Assembly: GCA_963724765.1 (NCBI GenBank)
Contig: CAVRVY010000002.1
Span: 224,001-288,000 of the forward strand
DNA: 64,000 bases
Direction of reading: 5' to 3'
From: an uncultured delta proteobacterium
GTDB taxonomy: Bacteria > Desulfobacterota > Binatia > Binatales > Binataceae
Within the stretch, counting starts at the first letter, position 1, and the number at the start of each line of letters is the position of its first letter. This document shows, piece by piece, positions 40,793 through 51,138 of the stretch. A model generated the notes under the pieces. That model had not been told where the DNA came from. It saw only the letters and a list, made by a program, of their open reading frames with translations, and did not search any database. The translations under genes and the position numbers were made by a program.

Positions 40793-41295
40793 CGTATCTC
40801 CGACTGCTCGACGCCACGCGGCAGCATCGCGGGCAGCAGGGCGCGTCCCCGCATGTCGCGCATATGGCCCGCCGTCTCGACCAGCACGTCGCTTCCGCGG
40901 ACCGACGCATGATGGAGTCCGTGCGCGGTTAACCCGCCCGTGTTGGCGGCGTCCTGGTATTGCGTGAAGTAGGGCCCGAGCAGAATCGACAGATCGGGCG
41001 GCCTGCGCCCGCGCCACGTCACCGCAAAGACCTTGCGGTCGGGGCCGACATATTCGTTGACGGCGATTCCGGACGCGGTCGTGATCTGCTCGACCGTGTA
41101 GGCCGTAAGCGCCGGTGCATTGAGGGCCGGATGGGCCACCGAAGTGGTAGCGCTGGCCGCAAATGAAGCGGCGTCGGCAGCTATCGAATCAGCGGTCTCG
41201 CCCAGGGCCGCGCTCGCGGTCGGCGGGGAGGCTACGACAAGGAGCAGCGCAAGTCCGATGAAAGCGGAAGTTGCGGTTTGTAGCGGTGCGCTCAA
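40789..41295 (-). CDS. DUF2844-family secreted protein, copy 1
   Basis: ALG, V.EYV...VFAVTWRG..PPDL..LLG.YF and GHMRDMRGRA.LP..LP.GV...EI. Confidence 0.85.
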   Translation of the reverse strand: MSAPLQTATSAFIGLALLLVVASPPTASAALGETADSIAADAASFAASATTSVAHPALNAPALTAYTVEQITTASGIAVNEYVGPDRKVFAVTWRGRRPPDLSILLGPYFTQYQDAANTGGLTAHGLHHASVRGSDVLVETAGHMRDMRGRALLPAMLPRGVEQSEIR

Positions 41296-41744
41296 AGCAA
41301 AGTTTCCTCACCAGAAAATATGTTACGCATGATTAGACAAGTCAATTTATTTTTACAGATGTTTATGCTACTCTGTGCTTGTGTGTTCTATTTTACGTGC
41401 TGTTTGGCGACGTTTGGCGGATTCGCGCTTGATCGCCGTCGAACTCAAATGATTAATGCGCAAAAGCCGAGCCAGCTCGCTGAGGGAGCTTTTTCCATTC
41501 TTCCCGTGGGGATTTGCGCTTCGGTGGGACTGTTGTTCACGGGCGTGGATAGCCTGGAAGGCAGTTAACACTACAATTGGTTAACCTGCGGCGACAGTCG
41601 GGCGTTTACGGAATCGGGCTCGCAAATGAGACGGCTGCGGTCGTTCGAGACAATACCCGATGTTATTCTGATCCGCGAAAACGCAGCTCATGGCGGTTAA
41701 CGAAAAGATGTAATCGTAAGCGCGTTTGAATGTGCTCAGCTAAC

Positions 41745-41788
41745 TTGAACATTCGGTGCTGTCCTATAGGACAGCACCGAATGTTCAA
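41745..41788. repeat. Perfect 44-bp spacerless palindrome
   Basis: TTGAACATTCGGTGCTGTCCTA|TAGGACAGCACCGAATGTTCAA. Confidence 0.95.
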
Positions 41789-44329
41789 CCTCGGATAATT
41801 CAATGCGGGAGGCCGCGGTATCGTCACGTGGAATCGGAACCAATCATTGAGCTGTTATGTGAACTGGCGCTCGACCTCGGCGTAACCTGGAACCGTTACA
41901 GCGACGACATTTGGCGGCAGATAGATCCTGAGGTCTGGAGGATCACCCGTAATCCCTGGCTGATGCTGCAACAGGCGTCGGACAAGATGCTGAAGTCGAT
42001 GGCTGAGGACCGTGACCTGCGCCGTCGCCTCGAGCAACTGGTCGGAGCGAGGCGCAAAGCCTTACAGGCGCCAGGATGGTTCCAGAAGGCCCATCCCGGC
42101 TCGGCTCTCAACCACGTTGCGTACTTCAGCATGGAGTTCGGCCTGAGTGCGGCGCTGCCAATCTATTCGGGCGGTTTGGGCAACGTCGCCGGCGATCAAC
42201 TCAAGGCGGGCGGCGATCTGGGGGTGCCGATCGTGGGAGTCGGCTTGCTTTATCAGCAGGGCTATTCCAGGCAGGCGATCGACCATAGTGGTCAGCAACG
42301 CGACTTGTTTCCCTACAATCCGCCTTCCTGGCTGCCGATCACGGCGGTGCGCAATGCGGATGGCGAATTGATGCGGATCGAATTGGACCTTCCGGATTAC
42401 CACGTGCGGCTTCGAATATGGGAGGCCAAGGTCGGCCGCCTCAAACTCTATCTGCTCGACAGCAACGACCCTGGCAATATGCCGATGCATCGCGGAATCA
42501 CCAGCGAACTCTATGGTGGCGGCCCGGAGTTGCGGCTTCAGCAGGAACTCGTGCTGGGGATCGGCGGCTGGCGCCTGCTGAGAAGACTGGGGCACAACCC
42601 TGAAGTTTGCCATTTGAATGAGGGGCATGCGGCGTTCGCAGTTTTGGAGCGCGCGCTCGCGTTCATGAATGACTACAACCAGCCCTTTGACGTCGCGATC
42701 GCCGCGACCCGCGCCGGCAACGTGTTCACGACGCATACTCCCGTGGCGGCGGGTTTTGACCGATTCTCTCCCGCGCTCATTCAGCTTTACCTCGCGCGAT
42801 ACGCCCTCGAGCGCCTGCACATAAGCTTCAAGGAACTGATGGCGCTCGGGCGGGCCAATCCCGACGATGACGACGAACCATTCAATATGGCGTATCTGGC
42901 GGTTCGCGGCGCTGGAGCGATCAACGGCGTTAGCAAGCTCCACGGTAAGGTCAGCCGATCAATCTTCGAGCCGCTTTTCCCAGGGTGGCCAGTCGAGGAG
43001 ATTCCCATCGGCAGTGTCACCAACGGGGTGCATACGGCGAGCTGGGAGTCGGAGTTCGCCAACCGGCTCTGGACCGAGGCCTGCGGCACCGAGCGCTGGC
43101 TCGGCACGGCGAAGGGAATCGCCGAAAAAATCATGGCCGTCAGCGACGAGGCACTTTGGGATCTGCGGAGTAAGAACTGTCAGGAGTTGGTGCGTTTTGT
43201 GCGCTTGCGATCCCAGGTTCAGATGGCGGCGTATGGGGCGCCGAGCGAAAGAATCCAACGCGCAAAAACAATGTTCGATCCGAACGCGCTAACAATTGGC
43301 TTTGCGCGGCGGTTTGCCGCCTATAAACGGCCCGACCTGCTGCTCAACGATCCGGATCGCTTGGCCAGGATTCTTACCAACTCGCAGTATCCGGTGCAGT
43401 TGGTGGTCGCCGGCAAGGCGCATCCGGCGGACCAGCCCGGCAAACAGATGATCCATCAGATGATTCAATTCATTCGGCGCCCCGACATCGCCCAGCATGC
43501 CGTATTTCTGGTCGACTACGACATGCTCCTGGCGCAGCGCATCGTCGGCGGCGTCGACGTCTGGATCAACACTCCGCGCCGCCCCTGGGAAGCCTGCGGG
43601 ACCAGCGGAATGAAGGTGCTCGTCAACGGAGGCTTGAATCTTTCGACGCTTGATGGCTGGTGGGCTGAAGCCTACGAGCCGCAAGTCGGCTGGGCGATTG
43701 GTGACGGAAAAGGGCATGACGATGACGCCGCACGGGATGCGATCGAAGCTCGGCAGTTATACGACATCCTGGAGCGCGAGATCATTCCGAAATTTCACCA
43801 TCGCGACGCCGGCGGAGTGCCGCGCGAATGGATCGCCATCAAGCGCGAAAGCATGGCGCGCCTGACGCCGGAGTTTTCAGCCAACCGCGCGGTTCGCGAA
43901 TATACTGAGAAGTACTATCTTCCTGCCGCAGCCGCGTATCGCAAGCGCGCAGCGTCTCAAGGCGCGCTGACCCGAGACCTCGTGGATTGGCGCAAGTCTA
44001 TCGCGGAGCACTGGCCCGAGCTCAAGTTTGGTTCCGTCCACGTCGAGACCGCAGGCGGCTTTCACCAATTCCGCGTCCAGGTTTTTCTAGGGAGCCTCGA
44101 GCCGGAGGTGGTGCACGTCGAATTGTACGCAAATTCTCAAAACGGCGGTCACCCGTTGCGCCAGCCGATGGTCGTGGCCGAGGCTTTGGTCGGGGCGGCC
44201 GGCGGTTTTATCTTCGCCGCGCAGGTGCCGTCGAGCCGGCCCATCGGCGACTACACGGCGCGGATTATGCCGACGCATCACGACGTTAGCGTTCCGCTCG
44301 AAGAGATGGAGATCCTTTGGCAGCGATGA
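41756..44329 (+). CDS. glgP: Alpha-glucan (glycogen) phosphorylase; true start probably near 41828
   Basis: AYFSMEFG, YSGGLG, HLNEGH, ARRFAAYKR and EACGTSGMK (PLP lysine). Confidence 0.96.
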   Translation: MLSYRTAPNVQPRIIQCGRPRYRHVESEPIIELLCELALDLGVTWNRYSDDIWRQIDPEVWRITRNPWLMLQQASDKMLKSMAEDRDLRRRLEQLVGARRKALQAPGWFQKAHPGSALNHVAYFSMEFGLSAALPIYSGGLGNVAGDQLKAGGDLGVPIVGVGLLYQQGYSRQAIDHSGQQRDLFPYNPPSWLPITAVRNADGELMRIELDLPDYHVRLRIWEAKVGRLKLYLLDSNDPGNMPMHRGITSELYGGGPELRLQQELVLGIGGWRLLRRLGHNPEVCHLNEGHAAFAVLERALAFMNDYNQPFDVAIAATRAGNVFTTHTPVAAGFDRFSPALIQLYLARYALERLHISFKELMALGRANPDDDDEPFNMAYLAVRGAGAINGVSKLHGKVSRSIFEPLFPGWPVEEIPIGSVTNGVHTASWESEFANRLWTEACGTERWLGTAKGIAEKIMAVSDEALWDLRSKNCQELVRFVRLRSQVQMAAYGAPSERIQRAKTMFDPNALTIGFARRFAAYKRPDLLLNDPDRLARILTNSQYPVQLVVAGKAHPADQPGKQMIHQMIQFIRRPDIAQHAVFLVDYDMLLAQRIVGGVDVWINTPRRPWEACGTSGMKVLVNGGLNLSTLDGWWAEAYEPQVGWAIGDGKGHDDDAARDAIEARQLYDILEREIIPKFHHRDAGGVPREWIAIKRESMARLTPEFSANRAVREYTEKYYLPAAAAYRKRAASQGALTRDLVDWRKSIAEHWPELKFGSVHVETAGGFHQFRVQVFLGSLEPEVVHVELYANSQNGGHPLRQPMVVAEALVGAAGGFIFAAQVPSSRPIGDYTARIMPTHHDVSVPLEEMEILWQR

Positions 44330-44433
44330 CTTGACCAGCCCTCACGCCGCGCCTTGGCTGTCGGCGCTTGTGCCGCTGCCATAATTCGCGCGGCGCAAAG
44401 CCGTTGCGCTCTGGCCCATTTCGCTCCGGCTTC

Positions 44434-44495
44434 TTCGGTCATCCTGAGCGAAGGTTGCCGAAGTGAAGGATCGACGCGGAGCGATTTTTGTGCTC
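44434..44495 (+). repeat. REP-like repeat copy 2
   Basis: Near-identical to 39403-39463; GTCATCCTGAGCGAA...GAAGGATC hairpin. Confidence 0.75.
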
Positions 44496-44559
44496 ATCGA
44501 TGCCCGCGGCGCTGAAAGGACTGTGTCGCGATCGGCCGCGAAATAGTCCGCCGCTATAT

Positions 44560-45726
44560 CTACTTATAGGCCCATAGCGGCGTCGATTCGGCTACCCCGC
44601 TGATGCTCTTTCCTTCCATCCCGATGAACACCTTGCGGCCGAGAAAAAACGGCAGTCCCCAATCGAAGATCGATTCGCCGATATTGGCGCCCAGGTCCGA
44701 GAAGACCGCGTTGGGCGTTGAGAACAGGGTATTGGCGTCGGCGATGTCGAAGTCGACCACGCCCGAGACGAGATCGTCATAACTGGTGTTGGTCGCGCTT
44801 TGAGCGGACAGCGCCCCCGGGCAGTACCATCCCCCAGGGCATACCGGCAAATTGGGGTTGTCATAGAAAAAGCCGTTGGAGCCGCTGTCGATGAAACTGG
44901 GAATACCACTTTCGCCGTGGAAGGTGGTCGTGAACATGAGAGTGCTGGGGTCGGCGGTATAGACACTGAAAGTGTCGGGGATCTGATTATTGCTCTCGGT
45001 ATTGACCCCGAAGATCAATTGTCCGGTCAGCGTCAGGGCGCCGCCAGTCGGCGGCAGCTCGAAGTTCAGCATTACGCCATTATTATCGACCGGGAGCAGC
45101 CCGACCGGGTTCTGTACCTGGTCGGCGAGCGCAGGTGGGGTGTTCAATTTACTGCACACGTTGGCCGAGTTGCAGCTGTAGTAGTCGGTGAAGGCGCCAT
45201 CGTACTGGAGCAGCCCCACGCCGAGGATGCCGTTGAAGTTCGACGCCAGCGGCGCCCAGGCGATCGGCGTGCCGTCGTAGCATTGCGAGGGACGATGTCC
45301 CGCGGAGGGGAAGCTAGCATTGATGACCTGCACTGGCAGATTCTGGATTTTTGGTTCGCCGCCCATCTGCACGTCGGCCGTCGCGACCCGTCCCCAGGCG
45401 GTCATCGAGCCGAAATAGGCGCACTCCGCGATCTTGTCGGAACCCGAGGTCTGCACCGGCAGCGCCACGGTGAGCGCCTTCGCAAAGATCCTCAGCCCGA
45501 AGGAGCCGGTGTCGATCAGGAGATTGCCGACGGTCTGGCATTGCGTCGTGCCGGGCACGCACACCGTGATGTGGCCGTAGGGGATATCAACGCCATCGCC
45601 GTTTAAGCCGGCGTTGATGTTGGCGTTCATCTCATTGCTGGCCGCCGCGAAACCCGGCGTCGCGGAGGCCAGCGTCGCCAGCACCATCGCCACAATCGCG
45701 AACATCGTCACGTTGCGCAGCTTCAT
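44560..45726 (-). CDS. DUF3443-family secreted protein, copy 2
   Basis: LIDTGSFGLR, NGILGVG, FIDSGSN and FDWGLPFFLGR; signal peptide. Confidence 0.87.
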   Translation of the reverse strand: MKLRNVTMFAIVAMVLATLASATPGFAAASNEMNANINAGLNGDGVDIPYGHITVCVPGTTQCQTVGNLLIDTGSFGLRIFAKALTVALPVQTSGSDKIAECAYFGSMTAWGRVATADVQMGGEPKIQNLPVQVINASFPSAGHRPSQCYDGTPIAWAPLASNFNGILGVGLLQYDGAFTDYYSCNSANVCSKLNTPPALADQVQNPVGLLPVDNNGVMLNFELPPTGGALTLTGQLIFGVNTESNNQIPDTFSVYTADPSTLMFTTTFHGESGIPSFIDSGSNGFFYDNPNLPVCPGGWYCPGALSAQSATNTSYDDLVSGVVDFDIADANTLFSTPNAVFSDLGANIGESIFDWGLPFFLGRKVFIGMEGKSISGVAESTPLWAYK

Positions 45727-46238
45727 TTGATCTCCGAAGGATTAACGCCCGCAGGCATCGCTGCCGGGAGATATGCGCGTCCCCACATGAAGCCCATATG
45801 GCCCGCCGTCTCGACCGTCACGTCGCTCGCGTGCACCGACGACGTATGAAGTCCGAACGGGCTTGGCGCGCCGGTGTTGGCGGCGTCGCTGTACTGTTTG
45901 AAATAACTACCGAGCAGAGTTGCGACGTCAGGCGGTTTCGGCCCGCGCCAGCTCACCGCGAACACCGTCCCGTTCTGGCCAACGTATTCGCTCACCACGG
46001 TGCCGTCGGGAGTCGTAAGCTGCTCGATGCTGAAATTGCCCGAAGCGGGAGCGTTTTGCGCCGGCAGTCCAGGCAGCGGCTGCGCAGTATTCGCCCCAGC
46101 CGTCGCATTCATTTGTGATGCGTCGGCGGCGACCGACGCGGCCGGCTCACCCAGCGTGGCGCGCGCGCTAGATGGCGCTCCTATGAGAATAAGGCCGCCC
46201 GCCAGCAGCGCCAGATTCAGGAAAGGTAGAATTTTCAT
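45723..46238 (-). CDS. DUF2844-family secreted protein, copy 2
   Basis: ATLG, EYV..VFAVSWRGP and GHMGFMWGRAYLP; ATGA overlap with DUF3443. Confidence 0.87.
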   Translation of the reverse strand: MKILPFLNLALLAGGLILIGAPSSARATLGEPAASVAADASQMNATAGANTAQPLPGLPAQNAPASGNFSIEQLTTPDGTVVSEYVGQNGTVFAVSWRGPKPPDVATLLGSYFKQYSDAANTGAPSPFGLHTSSVHASDVTVETAGHMGFMWGRAYLPAAMPAGVNPSEIK

Positions 46239-47040
46239 TGATTTTGGCCCCTCAAAAGTCTAACGGCTCGGCTATAGCCTTGCAACGTGAAGTGATGCCA
46301 AGAATCGCCAATCATCGAGAATGAGTCTTACGTCATCGTGCCTATATGAAGCCTAGAACGGTCGATTCAGTCAGCGATAACAAAATTACTCGATCTGCAT
46401 GTTTATTAGATGCTCAACGATGAAAATCAGAAGTACGAGCATTTTAATAGCGTTTAACAGTTGCAATAGATGCTGAAACATGTTTAGATTGTGTCCATGA
46501 TGTTTCACATCGAGACATCACGGAGGCCGGGGATCGATATCGCCGCGTGACCGGCGTGAGAAATGAAACGAAGGGTGGGACACCGAGTAATGCGAACCAT
46601 CGCGCTCAGCTTCCATGCCTCGACGCCCATGCCGGCCTGATGGAGGACTGGCGTGGTGCTCGGTGGAGCCGCGAGGTGATCAGGACCGCCAGCGGTGGCC
46701 CTTGATGACACTCACACGCGCTGAAGATACCGCGCCCCCGCCCGTATAGTTTCCCGTCCTTTACCCCCGTGGCGCAGTCCGCTGACCCCGGCCGCGCCAC
46801 AACCCCAGACCCGCCGCCGCGCGCCCCCCGACGCGCGGCGGCGGGCACCCCCTCGCTAGTTCCCTGCATCAGCATATTCGCTTTCTATCGCGCCCGCCCG
46901 ACCCCTGCGCCGACACGCCCGGGCCTCCGTTTATGTCGTCCGCCAGCCCGAAGTTGTACGATGGAAGCGGCCCTTGGGCCGCCCCTTTAGCGGGTGTTCA
47001 TCCGGGCCACACAATCCTTCCGCCATGAAAGGGGCAAAAG

Positions 47041-47661
47041 ATGATCAATAAGGACCGTTGGAGCAATTTCGCGATGGCAATCGCAGGTGGCGTGGTCGGT
47101 GCGATAGTGGCCGGCTCGGGACTGCCCGGGCGGCTATGGCCTGCGGCCACCGCCGAGGCCGCCGCGACGCATCATCATGTGCGCGCGATCGAGGCTCAGC
47201 AGTTTATCCTGGTCGATCAGTTGGGGATTAAGCGGGCCGAACTCGTGATGGACCGTGGCGAGCCGCTGCTCGAGTTTTACGGACCGACCGGCAAGACCCA
47301 GCGCGCCTCGATCGGCGTGGATATGAAGGGCACGGCGCGAGTGCGCTTTTATTCCAGCACCGGAGTTTCACAGGCTGCGCTCGGCGTGACCGGCGAAGGA
47401 CGCGCGGGACTGGCGCTGCTCGACCGCTCGGAGCATCTGCGCGCCACCTTCGACGTGGCGATCGGTGGCGAGCCGACACTGCGGCTCTATGACGAAAAGG
47501 GCGCCCGCATCGGGCTGGACATCACCGAGGCCGGCTCACCCGGGCTCGCGCTGCTCGCCCCTGACGGCAAGACGCGCGAGGCGATGGTGCTGAGCAACGA
47601 CGGCAATCCGTCGCTGACGCTGTATGGTGCCGACGGCAATCCCATAAAAGCGCTGCCGTAG
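47041..47661 (+). CDS. Hypothetical exported protein with ~22-aa beta repeats
   Basis: N-terminal TM; repeats like G.P.L.(F/L)Y...G..RA. Confidence 0.7.
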   Translation: MINKDRWSNFAMAIAGGVVGAIVAGSGLPGRLWPAATAEAAATHHHVRAIEAQQFILVDQLGIKRAELVMDRGEPLLEFYGPTGKTQRASIGVDMKGTARVRFYSSTGVSQAALGVTGEGRAGLALLDRSEHLRATFDVAIGGEPTLRLYDEKGARIGLDITEAGSPGLALLAPDGKTREAMVLSNDGNPSLTLYGADGNPIKALP

Positions 47662-47692
47662 CGTCTCGCCGCGACCCTCCACCCCCCAGGAC

Positions 47693-47739
47693 GCGCGGAT
47701 GGCGCCGGGGGGCGACGCGCCCCCCGGCGCCATCCGCGC
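47693..47739. terminator. 22-bp perfect-stem hairpin between convergent genes (end of portal operon)
   Basis: GCGCGGATGGCGCCGGGGGGCG-acg-CGCCCCCCGGCGCCATCCGCGC; no U tract. Confidence 0.65.
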
Positions 47740-47813
47740 TCGCACCATCGCCCGCACGCGCGAGCGCCGCGGCGCTCGCGCGTGCGGGCATCCGCGGCGG
47801 CGGCGCGCCCGCG

Positions 47814-49229
47814 CTACGCGCGGCGCGCCGCCGCCGCCGGCTCCAGCAGCGGCTCGTCGGCTGCCGGCTCCGGCAGCCCGAGCCGCCGCAGCACTTCGCG
47901 CTGGCCGACCCGCAGGCCGCGGTCGGCCAGCTCGGACACCATATCGGCGAACAGCTTGACGTCGTTGTCGGCGCTGAGGCCCAGCGCGATCTGCGGATAG
48001 CGGCGCTGCGGTCCCAGGTTGAGATCGACGATCGGCCGCACCAGATCGCGCGTGAGCGTCGCCCCCAGGCGGCGCGCGTCGGACTCCATGATGTCGCGGC
48101 GCACCGCGTCGTGCACCTGGGCCGCCGCCCGCGAGCCGCCGCCCTCGCGCGGCGTCTCGGTGGTCAGCGTCTGCCCCAGCACGGCCTTGCTCACCTGCTT
48201 GTCGAGGTACTCGCAGAAGCGCTCGTAGACTTCGGCGCCGCCGCCCTGGCGGGTCTCGACGAATTCGATCAGCATCGACTCCGGAATTATCGCGGCCGCA
48301 TCCGTGCCGATATTCGCGACCGCGCTCAGCAGCGCCTGCTTGTCGGCTTCGGTTGCGCCGGGGCTGTATTTGCCCAGACGCAGCGGCTGGCCGAAGACCT
48401 CGGCGAACGTCACCCAGTCCTTGAGCACGTAATTCTTGAACAGGTAGGCCCATCCGGCCGCCCGCGCAATTCCGCCGCGCACCGGCAGTCCGGCCTTGGC
48501 CTTGGCCGTGTGCACGATAAACTTGAACGGCGCGAGCGGCGCCGTCAGCGGCTGGATTCCAATTCGCGCCTCCCCGCCGGCCCCGGCGTACCATCGCGAT
48601 CGCCCGTAATGCGGCGCGTGCGCCGCCGGCGCATCGGGCGACAGTTTCGCGGGCGAGACCGCCGCGGCGTCCGCCGGCACCAGCGGTCCTTCGTCGCGCA
48701 GCGTGCGCACCAGCAGTTCCTCGCCCGAGATCCAGTCGAACATGAACCAGCGCGGGTCGCGCCACAGCAGGCGCTTGGGGATCCATTCGCGGCCGCTCGT
48801 GTCCCAGATTATTTCGGTTGCGGAGAAGCCCTTGCCGACCGCGTCGAGGATATCGTAGAGCGCGCTTTCGAGGTCGAACGCGCCGCCGCCGACGAAGTCG
48901 CGCACCAGGTCGGCCGCGCGCCGATCTTCGGGCGCAGCGGAGGCCGGCGTGACGATCAGCTCGGCCCCGGCGACGGCCTGTTTGCGGGTGCTGATCACGG
49001 CCAGGTAATGCAGGTCCTTCTCTTCCATCTCCTCGGCCAGTTCGAGGTAGAGATAAGGATCGCCGGCTTCGGCCTCGCGCTGGATCGCGATCAGCTTTTC
49101 GGGCGTGAGCCCGACCGACGGATGCATCATCGAGTAGATATTGCGCACGCCGGCCATGGTGGGCGCGGCCTGCTCGCCGCGCAGTTGTGCGGTATCGACC
49201 TCGCGCCCGTACGCGTCATACAACTTCAT
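47814..49229 (-). CDS. Mu gp29/DUF935 portal protein
   Basis: ELAEEMEEKDLHY, ILDAVGKGFS, FKNYVLKDW..FAEVFGQPLRLGKY and SKAVLGQTLT. Confidence 0.94.
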   Translation of the reverse strand: MKLYDAYGREVDTAQLRGEQAAPTMAGVRNIYSMMHPSVGLTPEKLIAIQREAEAGDPYLYLELAEEMEEKDLHYLAVISTRKQAVAGAELIVTPASAAPEDRRAADLVRDFVGGGAFDLESALYDILDAVGKGFSATEIIWDTSGREWIPKRLLWRDPRWFMFDWISGEELLVRTLRDEGPLVPADAAAVSPAKLSPDAPAAHAPHYGRSRWYAGAGGEARIGIQPLTAPLAPFKFIVHTAKAKAGLPVRGGIARAAGWAYLFKNYVLKDWVTFAEVFGQPLRLGKYSPGATEADKQALLSAVANIGTDAAAIIPESMLIEFVETRQGGGAEVYERFCEYLDKQVSKAVLGQTLTTETPREGGGSRAAAQVHDAVRRDIMESDARRLGATLTRDLVRPIVDLNLGPQRRYPQIALGLSADNDVKLFADMVSELADRGLRVGQREVLRRLGLPEPAADEPLLEPAAAARRA

Positions 49230-49306
49230 GCTTTCTCACCAACCTGGTTCTTATGCTTTCTTCTTTTAAGCAAGGGGGCAGCGGCGCAATTCTCCCGGCC
49301 CCCCCT

Positions 49307-50839
49307 CTACATCCACGCCCACGCGCGCGCGCGGCTCCCGCGCGCGGCCAGCGGCGCCGCGTCCTCGTCCGGCGGCCCGAACGGATCGCGCTCGCGGCGC
49401 GCGGACGCCGTCGCCGCCGCGCGCCGCGGCGCGGGCGTGTAAGCGGGTTCCTGGGCGCGGATACTGCTCGCATAGTAGGCGAGCGCGCCGGCGATCGCCG
49501 CGTCGCCGTGGCGTCCCTTCTGATCGCGCCGCTCCGACACATGGGCGTAGCCGTGCTCGATTTCGAGTGCGCGATGGTCCGCGAGGATTTCCGCGTCGCA
49601 CGGCAGCTCGACCATCCCGTCCTCGAACGCCGCCTTGTAGCGCGGCATATTCTCGCGGTACCACTGCGCCGAGAGCATCACCTGCTCGACCCGTGCGCCG
49701 TAGCGCTGGCGCGCGGTCTCGGCCAGGTATTGCCCGTTGCCGCGCGCGTCCAGCGCGCCGCCGATGAGGCGCGGCAGCCGGTCCACGATATAAAACAGAA
49801 TCTGTTCCTGCTGGCGGAAGGGCACCCGGCGCAGCTCGACCACGAACGGCGTGCGCCGCACCAGGTTGGGCTGAATCTGCAGCGGCCAGAAGACGCTCAG
49901 GTCGCCGTTGCGCCCGAAGTCCTCGCCGAAGCAGCTCATCAGGTTGTCCAGCCGCTTGAGCGCCGGGTCGAGGTTGCGCTCGCACCATTCGCGCGCCGCG
50001 CCCACCCGATACTCCTCGGGCCGTTCGCTGAACTCCTCCGCCACTTCCCAGCGCAGCACCGGCACGCCCGCGCGCATCCGGCTCTCGACCAGCATCGAGC
50101 TCAAAAACGCGCCCGAACTCGCGCGCGGCACGCACAGCAGTTCCTCGCTCGCGGCGTCGCCGTACTCGGCGAAGATCCGCGCGCGCCACTCGCGCTCGGC
50201 CGCCGCGCTGAAGCGCCGCCCCGCCTTCTGGCACATCCGATGGTACAGCCCCTCGCAGAGCGCGTCGTCCAGCGTCACGCGATGGAGCGAGAACGGACGG
50301 CGGCCGGCACGGATGTCGTTGACCAGCTCGTTGAACGGGTTCTCGGCCCCGTTGTGAGTCGAGATCACGCGCACCAGCCCGCCCCACATGGTGAACGCCA
50401 TCGCGGCCTTCATCAGTTCGGGGAGGTTGTCGTGGAAGGCGGCCTCGTCGATCACGGCGCGGCCCTGTTTGCCGCGCAGGTTGGAGGGGCGCGAGCTGAG
50501 CGCGACGATTTTGTGTCCGGAGGCGAAGCGGATTCGATAGGCGAGCAGGTCGCGGCGCTCGTCCTCCAGCGCGATCTCTTCGATCGCGTGCGCCGCCTTG
50601 TTGAACTGGCGCGCCCACGCGGCCGCCGTCTCGACAAACTCGCGCGCCATGTCGCGGTTGTAGCCGAGGTACCAGGTGTCCATCCCGGCCGTGGCCGCGG
50701 CCGAGAGCGCGGCGTCGGCGGCCTCGGCCCAGGTGATCCCGACGCGGCGCGATTTCTCGGCCACCTTGACCGCGGCGTTGTCGGCGATCCAGCGCACCTG
50801 GTAGGGCAGGAGGACGTCGCGCGCGACGGTGTGAATCAT
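49307..50839 (-). CDS. Mu gp28-like terminase large subunit
   Basis: LLPYQ.RW, EKSRRVGITW, LRGKQG..VIDEAAF, ISTHNG, GEDFGR.GDLS and RHGDAAIA. Confidence 0.95.
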   Translation of the reverse strand: MIHTVARDVLLPYQVRWIADNAAVKVAEKSRRVGITWAEAADAALSAAATAGMDTWYLGYNRDMAREFVETAAAWARQFNKAAHAIEEIALEDERRDLLAYRIRFASGHKIVALSSRPSNLRGKQGRAVIDEAAFHDNLPELMKAAMAFTMWGGLVRVISTHNGAENPFNELVNDIRAGRRPFSLHRVTLDDALCEGLYHRMCQKAGRRFSAAAEREWRARIFAEYGDAASEELLCVPRASSGAFLSSMLVESRMRAGVPVLRWEVAEEFSERPEEYRVGAAREWCERNLDPALKRLDNLMSCFGEDFGRNGDLSVFWPLQIQPNLVRRTPFVVELRRVPFRQQEQILFYIVDRLPRLIGGALDARGNGQYLAETARQRYGARVEQVMLSAQWYRENMPRYKAAFEDGMVELPCDAEILADHRALEIEHGYAHVSERRDQKGRHGDAAIAGALAYYASSIRAQEPAYTPAPRRAAATASARRERDPFGPPDEDAAPLAARGSRARAWAWM

Positions 50840-51001
50840 GCTGGGGGGGGCGCGGTTTGTTCGCCGGCTTTTTCCGCACTCTGGGCGGCACCGGCGCCGC
50901 CAGTTTTGTCGCTCTTGACCCGCCGCGGCTGCGCCTGGGGAGGTGCGTCGCCGTCCGTTTGCGCTCGCGTAGTCCTGCGATTCATCGCGTCACCTCCCAT
51001 T

Positions 51002-51081
51002 TTTTCATTGACACTCGCGACGCCCCTCCGATGTCGGCGCTTGTGCGATGCTGGGCGTTCTGTTTGCTGGCTCGCGCAAAC
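51002..51081 (+). repeat. Dispersed intergenic repeat (related copies at 54735-54814, 34001-34041, 51098-51125, 51850-51878)
   Basis: TTTTCA-N4-(C/G)ACTCGC..CGCC.CTCC.A.GTCG..GCT; long copies add CGTTC.GTTTGCTG.CTCGCGCAA. Confidence 0.72.
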
Positions 51082-51138
51082 GTCTTACTCACAAATCCCT
51101 CGTCGCCGCTCCGACGCCGCGGCTGATAGCGTTGCCAC

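Noticed and set aside
46240-47040. Possible ncRNA or small ORFs in the 800-bp intergenic region
   Set aside because: Some hairpins are present, but I could not recognise tRNA, tmRNA, RNase P, SRP or 6S signatures; an Rfam/Infernal search would be needed.
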